The position numbers and the translations under genes are program-made. The notes under the pieces were generated by a model. The model saw only the letters and a program-made list of their open reading frames with translations, ran no database searches and had not been told where the DNA came from. From the human T2T-CHM13v2.0 reference genome, Homo sapiens, in NCBI RefSeq assembly GCF_009914755.1, contig NC_060930.1: a DNA stretch of 64,000 nucleotides. The stretch is one strand, 5' to 3'. Positions 1-10,241 of this stretch are shown here, piece by piece (the first letter of the stretch is position 1; each line of letters begins with the position of its first letter).

Positions 1-361
1 GATATTTAGAGCACTTTGAAGTCTCTGCTAGAAAAGGAAACATCTTCATGTAAAAAGTAGATAGAATCGTTCTCAGAAAGTGCTTAGTGTCGTGTGCGTT
101 CAACTCACAGAGTTTAACGTTTCTTTTGATAGAGCGTTTCTGAAACACCCTTCTTGTAGTAGCTGCAAGTGGATATTTGGACCTATTGGAGGCCTTCTTT
201 GGAAATGGGATTTCTTCATGTAACTCTAGATTGAAGAGTTCTCAGAAACTCCTTTGTGATGTGTGCATTCAATTCAAAGAGTGAAACCTCCCTTTTCACA
301 GAGCAGTTTTGAAACACTGTTTTTGTAGGATTTCCAAGGGGATATTTATAGCGCATTGAGC
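1..361 (+). repeat. 3' end of the preceding HOR unit (partial)
   Basis: Matches 2552-2912 apart from a few SNVs. Confidence 0.95.
194..210 (+). other. Degenerate CENP-B box in a B-type monomer (both CpGs lost)
   Basis: CTTCTTTGGAAATGGGA. Same in all copies inspected except 52876-52892. Confidence 0.85.
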
Positions 362-703
362 CTACGGCGGAAAAAGAAACATCTTCCTATAAAAACTAGA
401 CAGAATACTTCTCAGAATCTGCTTTGCGATGTGTGCGTTCAACTCACAGAGTAAAACCTTTCTTTTGATAGAGCAGTTTTGAAACACTCTTTTTGTAGTA
501 TTTGCATGTGTATATTTAGAGCGCATTGAAGCCCACAGTAGAAAAGGAAATAACTTCACCTAAAACCTAGACAGAAGCAATCTCAGAAACTACTTTGTGA
601 TGTGTACATTCAACTCACAGAGTGGAACTTTCCTCTTTATAGAGCAGTGTTGAAACACTCTTTTTGTAGAAACTGCAAGTGGATATTTGGACCTCTTTGA
701 GGC

Positions 704-720
704 CTTCGTTGGAAACGGGA
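704..720 (+). promoter_or_regulatory. CENP-B box (canonical; recurs at this position in every unit)
   Basis: Exact CTTCGTTGGAAACGGGA. Confidence 0.95.
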
Positions 721-1043
721 TTTCTTCCTATAACCCTAGACAGAAGAATTTTCAGAAACCTCATTGTGATGTGTGCGTTCATCTCACAGAGTGGAGTCTT
801 CCGTTTGATAGAGAAGTTTTGAAACCCTGTTCTTGTAGGATTTCCAAGTGGATATTTAGACCACTTTGAAGCCTATGATAGAAAAGGAAACATCTTCATG
901 GAAAACATAGATAGAATCATCCTCAGAAACAACTTTGTGATGTGTGCGTTGAACTCACCGTCTTTAACCTTTCTTTTGGTAGAGAAGTTTTGAAACACTC
1001 TCTTTGTAAAGTCTACAAGTGGATATTTTGAGCCCTTGGAGGC

Positions 1044-1060
1044 ATTCTTTGGAAAAGGGA
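1044..1060 (+). other. Degenerate CENP-B box in a B-type monomer (both CpGs lost)
   Basis: ATTCTTTGGAAAAGGGA in every unit inspected. Confidence 0.85.
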
Positions 1061-1385
1061 ATGTCTTCACATAAAAGGCAGACGGAAGTGTTCTCAGAAA
1101 CTGCTTTGTGATGTCTGTGTTCAACTCACAGAGTTTAACATTTCCTTTGATAGAGCGGTTTAGTAACCCTCTCTTTGTAGAATTTGGAAGTGTATACTAA
1201 GAGCGCTTTGAGGCCTATGGTAGAAAAGGAAATATCTTTCCATAAAAGCTAGACAGAAGCAATCTCAGAAACTCCTTTGTGATGTCTGCATTCAACTCAC
1301 CGAGTGGAACATTCCTCTTGATAGAGCAGTTTGGAAACACTCTTTCTGTAGAATCAGCTTGTTTGTATTTGGACCTCCTTGAGGC

Positions 1386-1402
1386 CTTCGTTGGAAACGG
1401 GT
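1386..1402 (+). promoter_or_regulatory. CENP-B box (CTTCGTTGGAAACGGGT; core intact)
   Basis: Fits the NTTCGNNNNANNCGGGN core. Confidence 0.9.
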
Positions 1403-1725
1403 TTTCATCTTATAAACCCAGACAGAAGAATTCTCAGAGTCTTCTTTGTGATGTGTGCTTTCAACTCACCGAGATAAAGATTTCTCTTGATAGAGCAATT
1501 TGGAAACACTCTTTTTGTAGAATTTGCAAGGGTACATTGAGAGCGCTTTCAGGCCTATGGTAGAAAAGGGAATATCTTTCCATAAAAGGTAGACAGAAGC
1601 AATCTCAGAAACTACTTTGTGATGTGTGCATTCAACTCACCGAGTGCAACGTTCCTTTTGACCGAGCAGTTTGGAAACATTGTTTCTGTAGAATCTGCAA
1701 GTGGATATTTGGACCTCTTTGAGGC

Positions 1726-1742
1726 CTTCGTTGGAAACGGGA
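1726..1742 (+). promoter_or_regulatory. CENP-B box
   Basis: Exact 17-mer. Confidence 0.95.
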
Positions 1743-2065
1743 TTTCTTCCTATAAACCCAGACAGAAGAATTCTCAGAGACTTCTTTGTGATGTGTGAAT
1801 TCAACTCACAGTGTGGATCCTTCCTTTTGATAGAGCAGTTTTGAAACCCTGTTTTTGTAGTATTTCCAAGCGGATATTTGGAACGCCTTGAAGCGTATGG
1901 TAGAAAAGGAAATATCTTCCCATAAAACCTAGACAGAACCAATCTCAGAAACGACTTTGTGATGTCTGCATTCAAGTCACAGAGTTGAACATTTCTCTTG
2001 ATAGAGCAGTTTTGAAACCCTCTTTCTGAAGGATCTGCAAGTGGATATTTGGAACTCCTTTGGGT

Positions 2066-2082
2066 CTTCGTTGGAAACGGGA
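2066..2082 (+). promoter_or_regulatory. CENP-B box immediately upstream of the 15-mer deletion junction
   Basis: Exact 17-mer. Confidence 0.95.
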
Positions 2083-2405
2083 TTTCTTCGTATAAATCTA
2101 GACAGAAGAATTCTCAGAAACTTCCTTGTGATGTGTGCATTCAACTCAGCGAGTGGCACCTTCCTTTGGATACAGCAGTTTTGAAACACTGTTTTTGTAG
2201 TATTTCCAAGCGGATATTTAGAGCGCCTTGAAGCCTATGCTAGAAATGGAAATATCTCCCCATAAAACCAAGACGGAAGCAATCTCAGAAACTAATGTGT
2301 GATGGCTGCATTCCACACACACGGTGGACCATTTCTCTTGATAGAGCAGTTTTGAAACACTCTTTCTGTAGAATCTGCAAGTGGATAATTGGACCTCCTA
2401 GAGGC

Positions 2406-2422
2406 CTTCGTTGGAAACGGGA
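2406..2422 (+). promoter_or_regulatory. CENP-B box
   Basis: Exact 17-mer. Confidence 0.95.
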
Positions 2423-5400
2423 TTTCTTCATCTAAACCTACAGAGAAGTATTCTCAGTAACTTCTTCGGATGTGTGCATTCGACGCACAGAATGGAACAT
2501 TCCCTTTGATAGAGCAGTTTTGAGACACCGTTTTTGTAGAATTCCCAAGTGGATATTTAGAGCACTTTGAAGTCTCTGCTAGAAAAGGAAACATCTTCAT
2601 GTAAAAAGTAGATAGAATCGTTCTCAGAAAGTGCTTAGTGTCGTGTGCGTTCAACTCACAGAGTTTAACGTTTCTTTTGATAGAGCGTTTCTGAAACACC
2701 CTTCTTGTAGTAGCTGCAAGTGGATATTTGGACCTATTGGAGGCCTTCTTTGGAAATGGGATTTCTTCATGTAACTCTAGAGTGAAGAATTCTCAGAAAC
2801 TCCTTTGTGATGTGTGCATTCAATTCAAAGAGTGAAACCTCTCTTTTCACAGAGCAGTTTTGAAACACTGTTTTTGTAGGATTTCCAAGGGGATATTTAT
2901 AGCGCATTGAGCCTACGGCGGAAAAAGAAACATCTTCCTATAAAAACTAGACAGAATACTTCTCAGAATCTGCTTTGCGATGTGTGCGTTCAACTCACAG
3001 AGTAAAACTTTTCTTTTGATAGAGCAGTTTTGAAACACTCTTTTTGTAGTATTTGCATGTGTATATTTAGAGCGCATTGAAGCCCACAGTAGAAAAGGAA
3101 ATAACTTCACCTAAAACCTAGACAGAAGCAATCACAGAAACTACTTTGTGATGTGTACATTCAACTCACAGAGTGGAACTTTCCTCTTTATAGAGCAGTG
3201 TTGAAACACTCTTTTTGTAGAAACTGCAAGTGGATATTTGGACCTCTTTGAGGCCTTCGTTGGAAACGGGATTTCTTCCTATAACCCTAGACAGAAGAAT
3301 TTTCAGAAACCTCATTGTGATGTGTGCGTTCATCTCACAGAGTGGAGTCTTCCGTTTGATAGAGAAGTTTTGAAACCCTGTTCTTGTAGGATTTCCAAGT
3401 GGATATTTAGACCACTTTGAAGCCTATGATAGAAAAGGAAACATCTTCATGGAAAACATAGATAGAATCATCCTCAGAAACAACTTTGTGATGTGTGCGT
3501 TGAACTCACCGTCTTTAACCTTTCTTTTGGTAGAGAAGTTTTGAAACACTCTCTTTGTAAAGTCTACAAGTGGATATTTTGAGCCCTTGGAGGCATTCTT
3601 TGGAAAAGGGAATGTCTTCACATAAAAGGCAGACGGAAGTGTTCTCAGAAACTGCTTTGTGATGTCTGTGTTCAACTCACAGAGTTTAACATTTCCTTTG
3701 ATAGAGCGGTTTAGTAACCCTCTCTTTGTAGAATTTGGAAGTGTATACTAAGAGCGCTTTGAGGCCTATGGTAGAAAAGGAAATATCTTTCCATGAAAGC
3801 TAGACAGAAGCAATCTCAGAAACTCCTCTGTGATGTCTGCATTCAACTCACCGAGTGGAACATTCCTCTTGAGAGAGCAGTTTGGAAACACTCTTTCTGT
3901 AGAATCAGCTTGTTTGTATTTGGACCTCCTTGAGGCCTTCGTTGGAAACGGGTTTTCATCTTATAAACCCAGACAGAAGAATTCTCAGAGTCTTCTTTGT
4001 GATGTGTGCTTTCAACTCACCGAGATAAAGATTTCTCTTGATAGAGCAATTTGGAAACACTCTTTTTGTAGAATTTGCAAGGGTACATTGAGAGCGCTTT
4101 GAGGCCTATGGTAGAAAAGGGAATATCTTTCCATAAAAGGTAGACAGAAGCAATCTCAGAAACTACTTTGTGATGTGTGCATTCAACTCACCGAGTGCAA
4201 CGTTCCTCTTGACCGAGCAGTTTGGAAACATTGTTTCTGTAGAATCTGCAAGTGGATATTTGGACCTCTTTGAGGCCTTCTTTGGAAACGGGATTTCTTC
4301 CTATAAACCCAGACAGAAGAATTCTCAGAGACTTCTTTGTGATGTGTGAATTCAACTCACAGTGTGGATCCTTCCTTTTGATAGAGCAGTTTTGAAACCC
4401 TGTTTTTGTAGTATTTCCAAGCGGATATTTGGAACACCTTGAAGCGTATGGTAGAAAAGGAAATATCTTCCCATAAAACCTAGACAGAACCAATCTCAGA
4501 AACGACTTTGTGATGTCTGCATTCAAGTCACAGAGTTGAACATTTCTCTTGATAGAGCAGTTTTGAAACCCTCTTTCTGAAGGATCTGCAAGTGGATATT
4601 TGGAACTCCTTTGGGTCTTCGTTGGAAACAGGATTTCTTCGTATAAATCTAGACAGAAGAATTCTCAGAAACTTCCTTGTGATGTGTGCATTCAACTCAG
4701 CGAGTGGCACCTTCCTTTGGATACAGCAGTTTTGAAACACTGTTTTTGTAGTATTTCCAAGCGGATATTTAGAGCGCCTTGAAGCCTATGCTAGAAATGG
4801 AAATATCTCCCCATAAAACCAAGACGGAAGCAATCTCAGAAACTAATGTGTGATGGCTGCATTCCACACACACGGTGGACCATTTCTCTTGATAGAGCAG
4901 TTTTGAAACACTCTTTCTGTAGAATCTGCAAGTGGATAATTGGACCTCCTAGAGGCCTTCGTTGGAAACGGGATTTCTTCATCTAAACCTACAGAGAAGT
5001 ATTCTCAGTAACTTCTTCGGATGTGTGCATTCGACGCACAGAATGGAACATTCCCTTTGATAGAGCAGTTTTGAGACACCGTTTTTGTAGAATTCCCAAG
5101 TGGATATTTAGAGCACTTTGAAGTCTCTGCTAGAAAAGGAAACATCTTCATGTAAAAAGTAGATAGAATCGTTCTCAGAAAGTGCTTAGTGTCGTGTGCG
5201 TTCAACTCACAGAGTTTAACGTTTCTTTTGATAGAGCGTTTCTGAAACACCCTTCTTGTAGTAGCTGCAAGTGGATATTTGGACCTATTGGAGGCCTTCT
5301 TTGGAAATGGGATTTCTTCATGTAACTCTAGAGTGAAGAATTCTCAGAAACTCCTTTGTGATGTGTGCATTCAATTCAAAGAGTGAAACCTCTCTTTTCA

Positions 5401-8400
5401 CAGAGCAGTTTTGAAACACTGTTTTTGTAGGATTTCCAAGGGGATATTTATAGCGCATTGAGCCTACGGCGGAAAAAGAAACATCTTCCTATAAAAACTA
5501 GACAGAATACTTCTCAGAATCTGCTTTGCGATGTGTGCGTTCAACTCACAGAGTAAAACTTTTCTTTTGATAGAGCAGTTTTGAAACACTCTTTTTGTAG
5601 TATTTGCATGTGTATATTTAGAGCGCATTGAAGCCCACAGTAGAAAAGGAAATAACTTCACCTAAAACCTAGACAGAAGCAATCTCAGAAACTACTTTGT
5701 GATGTGTACATTCAACTCACAGAGTGGAACTTTCCTCTTTATAGAGCAGTGTTGAAACACTCTTTTTGTAGAAACTGCAAGTGGATATTTGGACCTCTTT
5801 GAGGCCTTCGTTGGAAACGGGATTTCTTCCTATAACCCTAGACAGAAGAATTTTCAGAAACCTCATTGTGATGTGTGCGTTCATCTCACAGAGTGGAGTC
5901 TTCCGTTTGATAGAGAAGTTTTGAAACCCTGTTCTTGTAGGATTTCCAAGTGGATATTTAGACCACTTTGAAGCCTATGATAGAAAAGGAAACATCTTCA
6001 TGGAAAACATAGATAGAATCATCCTCAGAAACAACTTTGTGATGTGTGCGTTGAACTCACCGTCTTTAACCTTTCTTTTGGTAGAGAAGTTTTGAAACAC
6101 TCTCTTTGTAAAGTCTACAAGTGGATATTTTGAGCCCTTGGAGGCATTCTTTGGAAAAGGGAATGTCTTCACATAAAAGGCAGACGGAAGTGTTCTCAGA
6201 AACTGCTTTGTGATGTCTGTGTTCAACTCACAGAGTTTAACATTTCCTTTGATAGAGCGGTTTAGTAACCCTCTCTTTGTAGAATTTGGAAGTGTATACT
6301 AAGAGCGCTTTGAGGCCTATGGTAGAAAAGGAAATATCTTTCCATGAAAGCTAGACAGAAGCAATCTCAGAAACTCCTCTGTGATGTCTGCATTCAACTC
6401 ACCGAGTGGAACATTCCTCTTGAGAGAGCAGTTTGGAAACACTCTTTCTGTAGAATCAGCTTGTTTGTATTTGGACCTCCTTGAGGCCTTCGTTGGAAAC
6501 GGGTTTTCATCTTATAAACCCAGACAGAAGAATTCTCAGAGTCTTCTTTGTGATGTGTGCTTTCAACTCACCGAGATAAAGATTTCTCTTGATAGAGCAA
6601 TTTGGAAACACTCTTTTTGTAGAATTTGCAAGGGTACATTGAGAGCGCTTTGAGGCCTATGGTAGAAAAGGGAATATCTTTCCATAAAAGGTAGACAGAA
6701 GCAATCTCAGAAACTACTTTGTGATGTGTGCATTCAACTCACCGAGTGCAACGTTCCTCTTGACCGAGCAGTTTGGAAACATTGTTTCTGTAGAATCTGC
6801 AAGTGGATATTTGGACCTCTTTGAGGCCTTCGTTGGAAACGGGATTTCTTCCTATAAACCCAGACAGAAGAATTCTCAGAGACTTCTTTGTGATGTGTGA
6901 ATTCAACTCACAGTGTGGATCCTTCCTTTTGATAGAGCAGTTTTGAAACCCTGTTTTTGTAGTATTTCCAAGCGGATATTTGGAACACCTTGAAGCGTAT
7001 GGTAGAAAAGGAAATATCTTCCCATAAAACCTAGACAGAACCAATCTCAGAAACGACTTTGTGATGTCTGCATTCAAGTCACAGAGTTGAACATTTCTCT
7101 TGATAGAGCAGTTTTGAAACCCTCTTTCTGAAGGATCTGCAAGTGGATATTTGGAACTCCTTTGGGTCTTCGTTGGAAACGGGATTTCTTCGTATAAATC
7201 TAGACAGAAGAATTCTCAGAAACTTCCTTGTGATGTGTGCATTCAACTCAGCGAGTGGCACCTTCCTTTGGATACAGCAGTTTTGAAACACTGTTTTTGT
7301 AGTATTTCCAAGCGGATATTTAGAGCGCCTTGAAGCCTATGCTAGAAATGGAAATATCTCCCCATAAAACCAAGACGGAAGCAATCTCAGAAACTAATGT
7401 GTGATGGCTGCATTCCACACACACGGTGGACCATTTCTCTTGATAGAGCAGTTTTGAAACACTCTTTCTGTAGAATCTGCAAGTGGATAATTGGACCTCC
7501 TAGAGGCCTTCGTTGGAAACGGGATTTCTTCATCTAAACCTACAGAGAAGTATTCTCAGTAACTTCTTCGGATGTGTGCATTCGACGCACAGAATGGAAC
7601 ATTCCCTTTGATAGAGCAGTTTTGAGACACCGTTTTTGTAGAATTCCCAAGTGGATATTTAGAGCACTTTGAAGTCTCTGCTAGAAAAGGAAACATCTTC
7701 ATGTAAAAAGTAGATAGAATCGTTCTCAGAAAGTGCTTAGTGTCGTGTGCGTTCAACTCACAGAGTTTAACGTTTCTTTTGATAGAGCGTTTCTGAAACA
7801 CCCTTCTTGTAGTAGCTGCAAGTGGATATTTGGACCTATTGGAGGCCTTCTTTGGAAATGGGATTTCTTCATGTAACTCTAGAGTGAAGAATTCTCAGAA
7901 ACTCCTTTGTGATGTGTGCATTCAATTCAAAGAGTGAAACCTCTCTTTTCACAGAGCAGTTTTGAAACACTGTTTTTGTAGGATTTCCAAGGGGATATTT
8001 ATAGCGCATTGAGCCTACGGCGGAAAAAGAAACATCTTCCTATAAAAACTAGACAGAATACTTCTCAGAATCTGCTTTGCGATGTGTGCGTTCAACTCAC
8101 AGAGTAAAACTTTTCTTTTGATAGAGCAGTTTTGAAACACTCTTTTTGTAGTATTTGCATGTGTATATTTAGAGCGCATTGAAGCCCACAGTAGAAAAGG
8201 AAATAACTTCACCTAAAACCTAGACAGAAGCAATCACAGAAACTACTTTGTGATGTGTACATTCAACTCACAGAGTGGAACTTTCCTCTTTATAGAGCAG
8301 TGTTGAAACACTCTTTTTGTAGAAACTGCAAGTGGATATTTGGACCTCTTTGAGGCCTTCGTTGGAAACGGGATTTCTTCCTATAACCCTAGACAGAAGA

Positions 8401-10055
8401 ATTTTCAGAAACCTCATTGTGATGTGTGCGTTCATCTCACAGAGTGGAGTCTTCCGTTTGATAGAGAAGTTTTGAAACCCTGTTCTTGTAGGATTTCCAA
8501 GTGGATATTTAGACCACTTTGAAGCCTATGATAGAAAAGGAAACATCTTCATGGAAAACATAGATAGAATCATCCTCAGAAACAACTTTGTGATGTGTGC
8601 GTTGAACTCACCGTCTTTAACCTTTCTTTTGGTAGAGAAGTTTTGAAACACTCTCTTTGTAAAGTCTACAAGTGGATATTTTGAGCCCTTGGAGGCATTC
8701 TTTGGAAAAGGGAATGTCTTCACATAAAAGGCAGACGGAAGTGTTCTCAGAAACTGCTTTGTGATGTCTGTGTTCAACTCACAGAGTTTAACATTTCCTT
8801 TGATAGAGCGGTTTAGTAACCCTCTCTTTGTAGAATTTGGAAGTGTATACTAAGAGCGCTTTGAGGCCTATGGTAGAAAAGGAAATATCTTTCCATAAAA
8901 GCTAGACAGAAGCAATCTCAGAAACTCCTCTGTGATGTCTGCATTCAACTCACCGAGTGGAACATTCCTCTTGAGAGAGCAGTTTGGAAACACTCTTTCT
9001 GTAGAATCAGCTTGTTTGTATTTGGACCTCCTTGAGGCCTTCGTTGGAAACGGGTTTTCATCTTATAAACCCAGACAGAAGAATTCTCAGAGTCTTCTTT
9101 GTGATGTGTGCTTTCAACTCACCGAGATAAAGATTTCTCTTGATAGAGCAATTTGGAAACACTCTTTTTGTAGAATTTGCAAGGGTACATTGAGAGCGCT
9201 TTGAGGCCTATGGTAGAAAAGGGAATATCTTTCCATAAAAGGTAGACAGAAGCAATCTCAGAAACTACTTTGTGATGTGTGCATTCAACTCACCGAGTGC
9301 AACGTTCCTCTTGACCGAGCAGTTTGGAAACATTGTTTCTGTAGAATCTGCAAGTGGATATTTGGACCTCTTTGAGGCCTTCGTTGGAAACGGGATTTCT
9401 TCCTATAAACCCAGACAGAAGAATTCTCAGAGACTTCTTTGTGATGTGTGAATTCAACTCACAGTGTGGATCCTTCCTTTTGATAGAGCAGTTTTGAAAC
9501 CCTGTTTTTGTAGTATTTCCAAGCGGATATTTGGAACGCCTTGAAGCGTATGGTAGAAAAGGAAATATCTTCCCATAAAACCTAGACAGAACCAATCTCA
9601 GAAACGACTTTGTGATGTCTGCATTCAAGTCACAGAGTTGAACATTTCTCTTGATAGAGCAGTTTTGAAACCCTCTTTCTGAAGGATCTGCAAGTGGATA
9701 TTTGGAACTCCTTTGGGTCTTCGTTGGAAACGGGATTTCTTCGTATAAATCTAGACAGAAGAATTCTCCGAAACTTCTTTGGTTGTGTGCATTCAAGTCA
9801 CAGAGTGGAACCTTCCTTTGGATAGAGCAGTTTGAAACGCCGTGGTTGTAGTATTTCCAAGCGGATATTAGAGCGCCTTGAGGCCTATGGTAGAAAAGGA
9901 AATATCTTCCCATAAAACCTAGACGGAAGCAATCTCAGAAACTACTGTGTGATGGCTGCATTCCACACACACGGTGGAACATTTCTCTTGATAGAGCAGT
10001 TTTGAAACACTCTTTCTGTAGAATCTGCAAGTGGATAATTGGACCGCCTTGAGGC

Positions 10056-10072
10056 CTTCGTTGGAAACGGGA
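10056..10072 (+). promoter_or_regulatory. CENP-B box present only in 18-mer and 16-mer units (first of an adjacent pair)
   Basis: Exact 17-mer inside the 506-bp segment. Confidence 0.93.
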
Positions 10073-10224
10073 TTTCTTCATGTTACTCTAGATAGAAGAA
10101 TTCTCAAACACTGCTATGTGATGTTTGCATTCAAGTCACAGAGTGCAACATTCCTCTTGGTAGAGCAGTTGGGAAACACTCCTTTTGTAGAATCTGCAAT
10201 GGGATATTTGGACTTCTTTGAGGC

Positions 10225-10241
10225 CTTCGTTGGAAACGGGA
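10225..10241 (+). promoter_or_regulatory. CENP-B box present only in 18-mer and 16-mer units (second of the pair, 169 bp after the first)
   Basis: Exact 17-mer. Confidence 0.93.

Larger units (their letters stand above)
362..8014 (+). repeat. Three tandem 15-mer HORs (U1-U3, 2,551 bp each)
   Basis: Anchor recurs at 362, 2913, 5464, 8015. The 506-bp three-monomer segment is absent. Unit phase is arbitrary. Confidence 0.95.

Noticed and set aside
2313-2322. CCACACACAC short CA run
   Set aside because: It is a fixed feature of one monomer type with no length variation among copies, so it is not an active microsatellite.
704-2422. Regularly spaced conserved motif (GAGGCCTTCGTTGGAAACGGGATTTC) resembling a CRISPR repeat-spacer array
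   Set aside because: The motif is the CENP-B box region. The intervening sequences are 150-320 bp, homologous to one another and repeated in every HOR, and there are no cas genes.
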